A DNA stretch of 62,756 nt, filler included, from Hyphochytrium catenoides (GCA_900088475.1; 8 parts of 8 records of this genome joined end to end with filler, not necessarily neighbours in it); one strand, 5' to 3'; shown: positions 12,122 through 24,979, numbered from the whole stretch's first letter. The notes: generated from the sequence alone by a model not told the origin. Program-made: numbers and translations.

Positions 12122-12388
12122 AGGAGAGTTGAGAGGGAGCAAATGCTCGCTTTCTCCTGTACTTGTATCCTAAAGCGAGCAGCAGCAGACACACCTCTGT
12201 CTCTCTCCCTTATTACTGCCGTGTCGCCGTGTCTCTCCTGGTCTCTCTTCTGTGCGGGGTCCCCCTTTCTCTCTCTCTCTCTCAGCTGGCTCCTCCCTCT
12301 CGGCGGCATTAGAGATCTTTCTCTCTCTCTGTCCCATCATTGTCTCTCTCTCTCTCTCTCTTCACTGCTGCTGAAGCTGGAGAAAGGC
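11327..12388. promoter_or_regulatory. Probable bidirectional promoter between DCP1 and the CCR4-like gene
   Basis: About 1 kb between two divergent starts, with a microsatellite-poor, AT-richer core at about 11800-11970. Contains a 45-N gap. Confidence 0.45.
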
Positions 12389-12705
12389 ATGCCGCGGCCG
12401 CTGCTGAGAATTTCCGGCACTTCAGAGCGGATCAATCTCTTCTCCAGTCGCCTTTCTGCGCTCTCTCCCTCTCTCTTTCTCTCTCTCTCTCTCCCGCACA
12501 GATCGCGGTGTTTGCTCCTAAGAATGAGTCTCTCTTCTGCTGCTCCTCTCTCTCATTGTTCTCTTCCTCTCCCTCCTCCTCTCTCCAGAGCGGGGACCAG
12601 GAGGCCGCAGCCGCCGGCCTGGGTCGAATGTCCTCCAAAAAAAGGAGATGTAGAGGAAGGAAAAGGTAGCGGTAGAAAGTTCACTGTCGCACAGGTAATG
12701 AAGAT

Positions 12706-12747
<42 letters not shown>

Positions 12748-13113
12748 CGGCTCAAGAGTGAGGAGAGAGCATGCAGAGCCTCTTGGAGAGATGGCACAGG
12801 GAGAGGGGGGGAAGAGCCAAAGAGAGAGAACTGCACCTCATACGTCCTTTCGTTCTTCTTTCTGAGATTCCTCTCCCTGTCTCTCTCCTCACCTTTTACA
12901 TCTCTTTCTCACTCTCTCTTTCGCACTCTCTCTCTCTCTTCCTCTCTCTCTCTTTTACTCTTACTTCTTTCTCTCTCAGTTCAACATCCTAGCCAGCAAC
13001 TTAGCGAAATACTCGCGCTTCCCTTACGTCCTGCCCTACCTTCTCGACTGGAAACAGAGAAAATGGAACGTCCTCCATGAGGTGAGACGAAGGATCATGT
13101 TTTCTCGCTTTCT

Positions 13114-13154
<41 letters not shown>

Positions 13155-13763
13155 TCTCTCTTTCCTCTCTCTTCTCTATTTGCTCTCTGTGCAGACAGCA
13201 CTACGAGTTCGTTTTGTGTTCATCTCTTTGTTTTAGCTCTTCCTCTCTCTCTCTCTCTCTCTCGTTCTTCTTCTCCTGCTGGAATGCGTTCATTCGCTAT
13301 GGCTTCTAGCCTTCTCTCTCTTTGTCTTTCCTTCTTATCTTCTCTCCTCATCCAAATCCGTCTTTCACTCCCTCCTTCTCCCCTCTTGCTTGGTTCTAAC
13401 ACCGGTCTCTCTCTCTGTCTCTTGTCGCCCATCGCGTCGATTCCTCTGCTTTGGCTTTCCGCTTGATTTCCTCTTGTCGACCTCTCTCTCTTCCTCACCC
13501 TTCTCTCGGTTTTTATTTTGGATTCTTGCACCTCTCTCTCGGGCTCTCGTGCTTCGTCTTCTTTTCTATCTCTCTCTTTTTTTTATCTTTCCGTTTACTT
13601 TGTCTGCGTCTCTCTCTTCTTCTTCCTTTCTGTCCGTCTCTTCTTCTTCCTTTGTCTCGCTCTCTTTCTCTCTCTTTCCCCTCTCCCTCACATTCTCTTC
13701 CGTTCTTCTGACTGTGTCTCTCTCTTTCTTCCTCTTTCCTTTCTGTCTCTCGCTTCGTCTGTC

Positions 13764-13797
<34 letters not shown>

Positions 13798-13798
13798 G

Positions 13799-13840
<42 letters not shown>

Positions 13841-14030
13841 AGATCCTGGATCTGGATGCGGACGTGCTCTGTCTTCAGGAGCTGAGCGACTTCTGGACAT
13901 TTTTCAAGCCGGAGCTGGAGAGCCGCGGATATCTCTCTTCCTATGTCAAGCGACCTTCCATCCACACCTCCAACTGGTCAGGAGATAAAAAGATGGACGG
14001 ATGCGGCATCTTTTTCAGGTAGGAAAGGGA

Positions 14031-14061
<31 letters not shown>

Positions 14062-14769
14062 GGTTTCCTCTATATTTGTGTCTCTCTTCCTTCTCTTTAT
14101 CAATCTTTCTCTCTCTGTGTTCACTCTCGTTTCTAGGTCTATCCGCCATGGGCTGCGTTCCCTTGCTAGGCTCTCTTTCTCTCCTTCTTCGATACGCCGC
14201 TCAACCCTCTTGGCTGCCCTTGTCTCTCTCTTTTCCCATTCGTGCCTCTCTTTCTTTTTACTTCCCTTTTTGTCTCTTACAGTGTCACTCTCTCCCCACC
14301 TCCTTTTCCTCTTCCTCGTTTNNNNNNNNNNNNNNNNNNNNNNNNNNNNNNNNNNNNNNNNNNNNNNNNNNNNNNNNNNNNNNNNNNNNNNNNNNNNNNN
14401 NNNNNNNNNNNNNNNNNNNNNNNNNNNNNNNNNNNNNNNNNNNNNNNNNNNNNNNNNNNNNNNNNNNNNNNNNNNNNNNNNNNNNNNNNNNNNNNNNNNN
14501 NNNNNNNNNNNNNNNNNNNNNNNNNNNNNNNNNNNNNNNNNNNNNNNNNNNNNNNNNNNNNNNNNNNNNNNNNNNNNNNNNTGGGCTGTGTGTCAACCCT
14601 CTTGGCTGCCCTTGTCTCTCTCTTTCCCATTCGTGCCTCTCTTTCTTTTTACTTCCCTTTTTGTCTCTTACAGTGTCACTCTCTTCCCACCTCCTTTTTC
14701 TCTTCCTCGTTTTCTTCTCTCTGTCCCTTAAATCTATTTCGTCTGTCACATCCTCCTTGTCTTTCTCTC

Positions 14770-14800
<31 letters not shown>

Positions 14801-16769
14801 CTTTCTCTCTCTCTCTTTCTCTCCCTTCTGATCACCTGACAGGCGCGATGCATTTGAGGTTCTGGAGGTTGAGTCTGTGAATTATCGTGACCATCACGAT
14901 CGCGTGGGGCTTCTCGTGCTCTTGAGAGAGAGAGAGTCTCTCTCTCTTCTCTTGGTAGCCACGACCCACCTCTGGTGGGATGCAGGGTATGTGGCGCTCG
15001 TGCGGAGGCGAGAGAGAGAAGGGCCTAGAACTAAAAGACTGAGATTGAGAGAACAGGAGAGAGGGGAACAGAGAGACTCAAAAAGAGAAGAAAATGAGAG
15101 AGAGACTTTCAGTATACTGCTCAGACAAACCCTCTACTATCTCCAAACACCCATGGCGTCTCTTCCTCTTTGAACCTTGGGGTTTTCCTTTTAAAGGTTT
15201 TTCTTTTGTCTCCTGTCTTGACGGGTCCTTTCTCTCTTTCACCTCTCTTCTTCTCTCTCTCTCTCTCTCTCTCTCCCCTTTCACTCTCACTGTTTCCTCA
15301 GCCGGCCAGAGGAGCAGCTCCAGGAGCTGCGGGAGCTGGATGAGAGCCTTCAGACGGCCCTGACGGTCTACGAGGAGAAATATGACACACAGAGCATTCC
15401 GGTAGGGAGAGAAGCGGAGACAGAGGCGGACAGAGCAAGAGAAAGAGGGGAAAGAGAGAGAGAGGAAAGAGAGGGAGAGAGAAAGAGAGAGAGAGGAAGG
15501 AAGGAAGTTCGAATGCGCACGTTAAAGAACCATAAAGTAAGTGCTCTGGAAGTGGAACGACTGATGGCAAAGAATCTTGGTTTACGTCTGGTCAGCCCAG
15601 CCATTTAAATCTCTCTCTCTCTCTATCTCTCTCTTTTCCTTCTCTCTGTGTCCTGTGTCAGGTGGTTCTCTGTGGAGATCTCAACAACTCTCCAAGCTCT
15701 ATTATCTACAGCTACATGCAGAACAACTTCCTCAGGTGCTCTCTCCTTCAGTTTTTCTCTGTCTCTCTCTCATTTCGATGCCATCTTTGCTTTCTCCCTC
15801 GTGTCTGGTCTTCATTCTCTTCTCTTGTCCTTGAACAGGGCTCACAGTCTTTTGCTAGGCCAACAGGGCGGCAGATGAGAAGCGCATACAGCAGCTACAG
15901 ATTGTGCCCAGGTAGAGGGGGAGAGAGAGAGCGAGAGATGGAGAGAGAGAGAAATAGAGAGAGAGAGAGCGTATGTGTGAAAGAGAGAGGGACAGTGGGC
16001 GATCGAGAGCACACAAGGCAACAACTGGATGTCGAAAGACAAAAGATAATGGCTTCAAGGTGGAGAGAGAGAGAGAGAGAGAGAGCGACGAATGCCGTTT
16101 CTCACGCATCTTTTCCCTTGTTCGCTCCTTTCTCTCTCCTTCTCCTCTCCCAGGAACTGGTCTGGACGTGAAAGAACGACTAGAACACGCGGCGAAGCTC
16201 TCTGCCGCTACGACCCAGCAATCCGCGCCAGGTCTTGGTCCTTTTCCTCTCTTCTTTCTTATTCTGGACTCTCTTTCTCTTGTGTCTGCTCCTATCTTGC
16301 GCCAGAAAGCGTAGACCTCTTTCTCTCCTTTTCATTTTGCCTGGGTGTGTCTCTCCGTTGACACGAGTCTTTCTCTTCTCTTTGTTAGCTCTGGCGGGTG
16401 ATCTGGCTGGGGAGCCGGAGGCAGGAGAGATCTCTCTCAGTGCTGAGCCGCCTCACACGACCGTCAACTATCGCCGCTGCTGGACCATAGACTACATCTG
16501 GTAACACTTTTTCTCCTTGTCTCTTTCTCTCTCTCTCTCTCTTTCTCTCGTCTTTGGTTTTCTGTCTCTGTCTGGCTGTTTTCTCCCTTTGGCTCTTTCC
16601 TCCTCTCCCTGCGGTCAGGTCCTGATGTGTCGCTCTTCATCAACCGGCGAAGGCCTCACTTCCATTTTCTGTTGCCTGCTCTCAACAGCCTCCACCTTCC
16701 TCTCTTCTTGGAAGAAGCTCCTCTTTTCCTTTTTCTGTGTCTCCGCACTGACATCGTATCCTCCCTCTT

Positions 16770-16801
<32 letters not shown>

Positions 16802-17036
16802 CTGTAGGCATTCGGAGGCGCTGGCAGCTCGACGGCTGCTCCGCGTCCCCTCAGAGTCCGAGCTTCGGTCCGAGGAGGGTCCTGCGGACTGGCTGGGGCT
16901 GGTCTCGGACGACACGGGCCGACTGCCGCGCGGGCTGAGAGGGAATCACAACGGGATCCCAAACAGTCAACACGGCTCGGACCATATCCCGCTCATGGCA
17001 GAAATAGAGATCCTTGAGCCAGCCCCACAGTCATAA
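12389..17036 (+). CDS. CCR4/nocturnin/Angel/PDE12-family EEP phosphohydrolase (putative deadenylase)
   Basis: Ten phase-compatible exons: 12389-12694, 12980-13081, 13843-14018, 14843-14986, 15302-15401, 15662-15735, 15859-15911, 16154-16231, 16389-16500, 16808-17036. Motifs: FTVAQFNILA, DADVLCLQE, DGCGIF, VATTHLWW, LCGDLN, MRSAY, TIDYIW, IPN..HGSDHIPL. Start ATG uncertain (12389 or 12524). Confidence 0.9.
14150..14711 (+). repeat. Near-identical ~130-bp copies on either side of an N gap
   Basis: TCAACCCTCTTGGCTGCCCTTGTCTCTCTC...CAGTGTCACTCTC..CCCACCTCC occurs at about 14201-14320 and 14593-14711. Confidence 0.8.
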
Positions 17037-17235
17037 CTCTCTCTCTTCTCTCTCTCTTCTCTCTCTTTCATTCTCTCTCTCGATCAGGGCCCCCATGTCC
17101 TTGTCTGTCTGCATTGAAAGGTCTACTGGCCAACTCATTCTGTCTGCCGATTGCTAGCGTCAGCCACAAAACTCTCTCTCTGTCTCTCTGTTTGTCTGTC
17201 TCTCTCTCTCTCTCTCTCTCTGGCTTTCTCTTGTC

Positions 17236-18120
17236 CTAGCAGTCCGGGCAGGTGTGTCGGGCCTCAGAGGATTCGTAGCTATGACCAGAAGAGGCGGAAA
17301 GAAGGCAAGGGAAAGGAAGTGGGGGGAGAACAGAGGAGAGAAGAGAGAGAAGTACGGGAAAGTTAGTTGAAACGGGGCCACGTGGACCGACATCTAGAGC
17401 ATGTTCTCTCCCTCTTCTCTCTCTCTCTCTCTCTCACTCTCTGGCTTGTCTCTCTCTCACCTGGTGAGGAGGCAGAGAGAGCAGAAGATCCTCTCACAGG
17501 AGCTGCAGGAGCCCTGACAGTCGTAGCAGACAGACTTCTCGCAGTAGGCGCACCGGTCCCACCCTCCCGCCGCCTGACTGCAGACAAAGCAGCGCGCTTC
17601 TCTCTTCCCATCGGTCTGCGGCTGGGTCAGACGGTGATAGAGAGTCGCGGCCCCTCGGCGGAGCAGGCGAAGAGTAGTCTCTGAAGGGCAAGAGAGAGAA
17701 GAGAGAGAGAGAGAGAGAGGAGTAAGGTAGGTTGTCAACATACAGCTTAAAAGTTACGATCTAATAGAAAGACAAGGATAAAGAAGATCTTAGAGGGAAG
17801 CTATGAAACCTGAGAGGGAGAGAGAGCCACCACGGAAGAGAAGGCGCAGACAGGACTGGATGGGAGAGAGAGAGAGAGATGAGTCGGCATCCGACGGACA
17901 TACAGAGAGAAGAATAGCATAGCTCTTTCAATGCAGATAAGAGGAGAGAGAGAGAGAGAGACGTAAAGAGAGAAGGGTCGTGGGCGTTACCCTGCGGGCT
18001 GTTGAGACGCTTGGCCGCGTTGCTGTGGAGGAGAGGAGAGGACTGCGGAGAGGGAAATGTCCCATCGAAGGCTGGCTGCTGGTCCTCCAGGCCAGCACTC
18101 AGCTTCCGCTTGCGAGCCAT
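17236..18120 (-). CDS. SIVA-like cysteine-rich zinc-finger protein
   Basis: Exons 18120-17991, 17680-17461, 17278-17236. N-terminus MARKRK; C-terminus CFVC..CAYCEKSVCYDCQGSCSSCERIFCSLC..SYESSEARHTCPDC*, which has the Siva cysteine spacing. Confidence 0.75.
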
Positions 18121-18509
18121 CCTACGTCTTGCCGTCCTCTCTTTCTCTCTTCTTTCTTGCTCACTTTCTCTCTTTGAATCTTTGCTCTATCCCATGCGCC
18201 GCGTGACCGTTGAGAGAGAGACAGAGAGAGAGAGAGAACACTCTGTAAGAACACTAAAGGTATATTCTGTTCCTCTCCCCAAGGCCTGAAGCTGCGGAGA
18301 GAGATCACTTGGTCCCGGTTAATATAAAGCTTGACCGATAAACGAACAATGAAGCGAGCAGTGAACCCACCAGACCAGAAAGGAAGACGAAAGACAAAGC
18401 GCTAGGGACCGAAGTGAGAGAGAACAAGAGACAGAGAGAGAGAGACAGAGAGAGGGAGAGAGAGAGAGAGNNNNNNNNNNNNNNNNNNNNNNNNNNNNNN
18501 NNNNNNNNN

Positions 18510-18547
<38 letters not shown>

Positions 18548-19328
18548 TGCTTGGACTTGGGGATGGCAAGTTGGCGCGAACTTACCTTCCTGGATGTCCG
18601 TTACCCGCTCCCCTGAGAGTGTTCAAAGTATGGGCAGCAGGAAGAGCGACGCTTGATATCAAGGAACCAAGCCCAGCGAAAGCCAGAAGCTGTTCCTTCC
18701 TCTCCTCTTCTCCCTCAGCCTCGCAGCCTCTCTCTCTCTCTCCCTCTCTCTCTTCTTGTTAGTCTCTCTCTCCCGTCTTTTTGTGAAGTCTTTCCTCCTG
18801 GCCCCTTTGTCTACAGTGAAATCTATATGGAATCTCTGACGGTCTCTGTCTGGCCGGTCGGGTTGTCCTCAAGCGCTATTCCTCATCAGCAATGCCTCCC
18901 AGCGGGAGCCAACCTTCTATCGCCTGCCTCAGTCAACGAACATGGAAACAGGGAGAGAGACGAAACGAGAGACACACACAAGGAGAGAGACACAGAGAGC
19001 GAGGAGGGAAAGAGACACGACAAGAGAGAGAGAGAGAGAGAGAAGCTAGCGAGACACTTTCAGTGATTTGATTCCCTGGCCTTTAAGTGAAGCAATTAAT
19101 GGGCGTTTCTCTCTCTCTCTCTCTCTCCTTTCTCCTCTTCCTCTCTCCCTCTTCCGTTGCTTCGACTTGGGGAAAGAGAGCTTTGACCTCCAAAAGCGGG
19201 GAGAGCCTTCCTAGGAAAGTCAGTCCGCCGACAGTGGAAGGAAACATACCTGCAAACGGCGGCAGCAGTAGGAGGAGGAAGAAGGACAGTCCAAAAGAAG
19301 GAGCGTGGCCAAGAGAAAGACAAGAGAG

Positions 19329-19369
<41 letters not shown>

Positions 19370-20315
19370 NNNNNNNNNNNNNNNNNNNNNNNNNNNNNNN
19401 NNNNNNNNNNNNNTTAATTAATTAANNNNNNNNNNNNNNNNNNNNNNNNNNNNNNNNNNNNNNNNNNNNAGAGAGAGAGGGGGGGGGAGAGAGAGAGAGA
19501 ACAGAGAGGAGAGACGGCATTAGGGAATGAACACAAGAGAAAGTGAAGGGAAAAGGAAGTAGAAGGTGAGGCAAGAGAAATAGAGAGACAAAAAAGGAAG
19601 AAGGTCAGCACGGTTGAGAGAGTACGAAAGAGAGAGATGGGCAGAGAGAGACAGAGAAGAAGAGAGACGGAAGAGTTTATGAGAATAGATAGAGGAAAAC
19701 AGAGAAAGAAAGAGGAGAGGGGAGAAGAAACATGATTTGAACTTAAGAACCTGAGGAGAGTCAGACGTGGGATGTCGAGACAGCAGAGAGAGAGGAGAGA
19801 GAAGAGGGAGAAGAGGGAGAAGAGAGAGCAGATGGACCGTCCGTTTCTCTCTCTCTCTCTTTATCTGTCCTCGCACTCCCACTTCTACGTGTCCATCTTC
19901 CTTGCCTGGGCCCTTCCTTTCTGTCTTCTTTCCGTTCCTCTTTTCCTCTCTCTCTCTCCTCTCCGTCTCTGTCTTCTCTCTCTTCTCCTTTCTTCTATAC
20001 CATTTTTCTCTCTCTTCTCTCGCACTCTCTCCTCTCCTTTCTTCTATACCGTTTTCCTCTCTCTTCTCTCGCACTCTCTCCTCTCCGTTTCTCTCTCTCT
20101 TCTCTCCGTTTCTCTCTCTCTCTCTCTCTCTCTCCTCTCCGTTTCTCTATTCTCTCCTCTCTCCTTTCCTCCTCATATCGTTTCTCTCTCTCTCTCTCTT
20201 GCCCCTTTAACTCTCTCTTCTCTCTCTCTCTCTCTCTTTCTCTCTTTCTCTCTCTCTCCCTCTTTTCATTCTTACATTGCTCTTCTCTTCCGATTGCTTG
20301 ACGTTTTTCTCTTAC

Positions 20316-21644
20316 CTTTCCGGTGACTCTGATCCTATAGAATCCCATGCAAAAGAGTAACACCCGAAAAGGGTGACAGAGTAGTCTCCTCTTCCAGGGA
20401 GAGAGAGAAGAGGGAGAAGAGAGAAAAGACGGAGAAGAGGAGAGAGAGAGAGAGAGAAAGAGCTTGAGAGAGAACATGAAGACAATGTATGTGATGACTA
20501 TGCCTAAGATCCTCAGAGGGAGAAGGGTGGGGATCATAATCGACATCTGCGGGGAGAGAGAGAGACAATGAGAGACAATGAGAAAAAGAGAGAGGGAACA
20601 GAAAGGAGGAGAGAGAAAGCGAGAAAGAATGATTGAAAGAAAAGGAGAAAGAGAGGAGAGGAGAGAGGAGAGAGGAAAGAGAGAGGAGGCAGAAAGAGAG
20701 GAAGTAAGATTGAGAGAAAAGGAGAAAGAGAGAAAGAGAGAGGGACAAAGAGAGAGAGAAAGAGAAAGAAAGCAGACAAAGAGGAAGAGAGACGGAATAG
20801 AGTTAAGGAAGGAAGACAGACAGCGACAGTGAGAGACAAAGTGAGAGAGAGAGAGACAGAGATAGAGCAGAGAAAGAGAGAAATCCGCTTTTCAAGTGTT
20901 AATATAGGGAAAAAACAAATGAAGAGCGCAATGAGATTCAGAGAAAGGGAGATTGTGCAGACCACCAGGGGAGAGACGAGAAGAAAAGGAGAAAAAAGAC
21001 AAGAGAGAGAGAGAGAGAGAGACAGAGAGAGAGAGAGGCCTTTTGACCTTCAACTTCTCATATCGAGAAAGCTCCCAAGTCGTGGCGAGGAAAGGGTTCA
21101 GCTCTTCTTCGGAGGGAAGAGAAGGCGCAGGGTGGACAACAGTCTTGAAGGGAAGAGATGAGCAGAGAGAGGAGGAAAGAGGAGAGGGAGAGGGAAACAG
21201 TCGATGGATCTCTCTCTTGAGATCTGGAAATAAAGAAAGAAGCAGGCAAGGACGCGAGAGAGAGAAAGAGACAGTGTGTGTGAGAGCGAGAGAGAGAGAG
21301 GGAGAGAGAGAGACCGAGGCGACGAGAAGAAGTGGGATAACGCGATATAGAACAAGGAAGGGAGGAGAGAGACATAGAGAGAGAGGGCCAGACAGACAGC
21401 GACATTGCAAGCAGGAGGGAGAGAAAGAGCGGTTCCGAGAGAGAGAAAGAGAGAAGAAAAGGAGAGAGATGAGGAGAGACGATGGACGAGGTGAGACCAG
21501 TGCCAGAGAAAAAGAGAGGACAGAGAGAGAATGGAGAGAATCAACCCAAGACAGACAAGTGAAGAAAGTCAAAAGGGGGAGAGGGAGAGAGAGAGAGAGA
21601 GANNNNNGACAGAAGAGGCTCTCTACCTTCGGGTGGTTCGGCAT
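20316..21644 (-). CDS. Lysophospholipid acyltransferase (LPCAT/LPEAT-like), 5' exons only
   Basis: Exons 21644-21627, 21143-21048, 20546-20316 give LNPFLATTWELSRYEKLK|MSIMIPTLLPLRILG..PWKRRLLCHPFRVLLFCMGFYRIRVTGK, typical of LPCAT N-termini. The catalytic HxxxxD exon was not found before the linker at about 19414. Confidence 0.65.
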
Positions 21645-21815
21645 CTGAGGGAGGAGCAGTTGGGTTGTAAGGGAGAGGAAGTAAAAAAGAGGAGAGAGAG
21701 ATGAGCCGGCGGAAGGAGAGAGATAGAATATTAGGAAGGAGTGCAGAAGAGAGAGCCAATCGGCCCGAAACGTGGCTTTGCCATTGGACTTGATTCTCCT
21801 TCTCTTGCTCTCTCC

Positions 21816-21856
<41 letters not shown>

Positions 21857-23057
21857 GTATGCATTATCCATCTTTCACTGAGTCCTGTCTCTCAGTTTCC
21901 TTGTCTCTCTTGGACTCTCCTCCCCCTGGCGACCTCTCTCACCTGGCAGTCTCTTCCACGGCTCGAGAAGGTAGAGAAGAAGAATGATGAAAAGGTAGGC
22001 AGCCAGCACATAGCCACACACTTCCACAGGGAAGAGAGAAGAAGAAGAAGCCATTTCTTTTCCTCTCTCTCGTTTCAATCTCTCTCTCTCTTCTGTTCTC
22101 GAGGGTGCGAGAGGAAGAGAGGAAAGAAGAGAAGGATCTCGTGCTCTCTCTCTCTCTCTTTCTCATTCAGGGGATCACATGCTTTTGGCAGAAGAAGCGC
22201 GGGAGAGAGTGGCAGGACGCCGGTAAAAAAAAAATCAAAGGCAGAACGACGAAGAAAACGCGGGGGAGAGGCGGGAGAGGGAAAGAGAACAAAAAGAGTG
22301 AGAGAGGATGAAGAAAGCAAAAGCGAGGTGAGAGAAGAGGTAGGGTGTGGTGTGTGTCAGAGAGAGAGAAGTGAGAAGGGAAAGAGAGAGAGGGAGGGAG
22401 AGCGAGACAGTGTGTCTGTCAGAGAGAGAAGAAATAAGAGAGAGAGAGAGAAAGATAGTTCGGAGGAAAAAACAGCTGACCGGGGAACTCAGAGGCCTCC
22501 AACGGCGGGCTGCGGAACTCTCACTGAGAAAGAGACAGAAAGGAAAGAGAAAAACGAGAGCAAAAAGAGAGAGCAAAGCGAGGAGGAGGAGAGTAAGAAG
22601 AGAGGAATCAGAGAAGAGGGAGAGAGAAGACAGACAGAAGGGGGAAACGTGTGGGGTGGTCTTCCTTCCGCCTCTCTCGTCTCACAGCAGCAGCTCCAAT
22701 GTGAGGATCGGCGTTAGGAGAGAGAACAGGAGGTGGAACGGGCTTCCTACGTGGGAGGCAGGCCAACGAAGAGAGGGAGAGAAGACCACTATGAAGAGAG
22801 AAGAGGCGGAGAAAGAAAAGAGAGGGGGAGAAAAGGTAGATAGAAAGATGCGGACACGAGAGAGAGAGAAAAAGAGAGAAAGAGGGAGCGAGAGACAAAG
22901 AGAGACAGAGAGAGAGAGAGAGGAGAGAAGAGAGTGGAGAGAGAGAGAGAGAGAGAGNNNNNNNNNNNNNNNNNNNNNNNNNNNNNNNNNNNNNNNNNNN
23001 NTTAATTAATTAANNNNNNNNNNNNNNNNNNNNNNNNNNNNNNNNNNNNNNNNNNNN

Positions 23058-23088
<31 letters not shown>

Positions 23089-23123
23089 CGTTTCTCCGGC
23101 TTCTCCAAAATGCTCCAGTGGCC

Positions 23124-23257
23124 TTACCTCTTTCTTCTTCTCCAGAAACAGGAGTCGAGAGAGATGCTCTCTCCCTCTTTGACGCTCGAACGCACTTCCA
23201 AGGCCCGCGACCGAGAGGATACTGTGAGCATCACGGCCTTTGTGAACGATGACCGAC

Positions 23258-23296
<39 letters not shown>

Positions 23297-23584
23297 GAGA
23301 GAGAGGCGCGCGAGAGAGAAAGAAAGGGAGGAGAGAAGACAAGAAGAGATTAGTGAACGGTAGTTGATGGCAGAGAGACAAGAGAGTTATAAAAATAGAC
23401 AGATTCACAGCGATGGAGGGAGAGAGAAGGAGATGGAAGATCCACACGGGGAACGTAACACATATGGAAAGGCAATCTTTAGGAAAGAGAGAGGGCGGGA
23501 AGAAGGGAGAGAGAGAGAGGGAGAGCAAGCAGAATAGCCAGCGAGATTGTGGAGGCGGATTGTGAAGAGAGAGAGAGGGAACAC

Positions 23585-23623
<39 letters not shown>

Positions 23624-24415
23624 GGAGAGGAAGAGAGAGCGAGAAGAAAAAGATAGATAGATAGATAAAGAGAGAGAAAAACGAGTTGGTAGTCCTGCGG
23701 CAGAGCTCGAGTTTAGGATGAACGGAGGGAGAGAGAGACCGTCTCTCTTTCTCTCTTCTGCCGTGGTACCTTGTTCCTCTTTCTGGTTCCCAGTCCAAGT
23801 CTGTACGCAGCCAGCTTTATATCTCCCTCAGGGAGGAGAGAGTCTTCAAGATCAAGAGAGAGAAGCACTGCCTCTCCTCTCCCTCTCTCTCTCTCTCTCT
23901 CTCCTCCGCCATACTGCACAGCGACATCACAGAGTACAACTCCTCTCACTTGAACCAAGTCAGAGCCCCAGAAGCGGATCTGAGGAGGAGAGACTCGAGA
24001 GGGAGAGAAGTGCTCTCCAAGCTTCAGCTCCTGCCACTGGAAAAGCCAGAGATATGAGGAGAAAGTAGCGAATGAGAGAGAGAGAAAGACTAGGGGAGAG
24101 GCAGGCACATCTAAAGATACGGGAGACAGAAAGAGAGAGAGAGGGGCAAGAAAGAGAGAGGGAGATGCAAGAGACAAACGGCAAAGAACCTGAAAGTCTC
24201 GGGGAGTAGGATAGAGAGAAAGGGGGCGAGACACTGAAAGTGAGGAGAAGAGAGAAGAAAGAGAGAGGGAGAAAGAAAGAGAGAGGGAGAGAGAAAGGGA
24301 GAGAAGGGAGAGAGCTGAGAAGTAACTCAGGCGATAGGGGAGGATTGGCCACCGAGCAAACAAAGAGTATGACAGAGAGATTAAGAGAAACAGAGAGAGA
24401 GAGAGAGAGCGAAAG

Positions 24416-24469
<54 letters not shown>

Positions 24470-24818
24470 CGAGCGAGAGAGAGAGAGAATAAGAGAGAAA
24501 GACAGAGAGCTCAGCTGCTCGTGTATGGTCTCTGCCTACCTGCTGATCGGGCAGAGCATCGCTGTTGCGTCTTTCTTGCAAACTGCCTTGCTGATCTGCG
24601 GACAGAAGGGAATGTCAACCGCAATAGAGGAATGGCGAAGAGAGGGAGAGTGAAAAACAGAGAGAGAGAGAATTAGAGACAAGACGAGAGAGAGAGAGAG
24701 AACGTGGGAGACAAGAACAGGGAGAAAAAGTGGGAGACAAGAACGGAGAGGGAGAGAGCAAGACAAGAGAAGAGAAAGAGAGTGAGAGAGAGAGAGAGAG
24801 AGGGACTGAGAGACAAAA

Positions 24819-24850
<32 letters not shown>

Positions 24851-24979
24851 CAAAGCGCGAAGAGAGGGAGACACAAAGAGATAGAGTGAGAGAGAGAGAG
24901 TGATAGAGAAGAGAAAGTAGACTCTTTGGGGCCGACCTATGCCGACACGGACTCCGCCTCTATAGCTTCCGACCTTCAT
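23124..24979 (-). CDS. Hypothetical ~159-aa beta-rich protein
   Basis: Four phase-compatible GT-AG exons (24979-24937, 24595-24540, 24036-23770, 23237-23124) total 480 nt from ATG to TAA. Mostly non-repetitive peptide WQELKLGEHF..IRFWGSDLVQVRGVV..LLPEG..VMLTV..ISLDSCFW. Confidence 0.55.

Noticed and set aside
18547-19325. Exon-like non-repetitive patches
   Set aside because: No consistent frame or recognisable motif, and the region is bounded by gaps.
19715-19750. SNHVS as the LPCAT catalytic motif
   Set aside because: The splice phase is incompatible with the previous exon and there is no Asp at the HxxxxD position.
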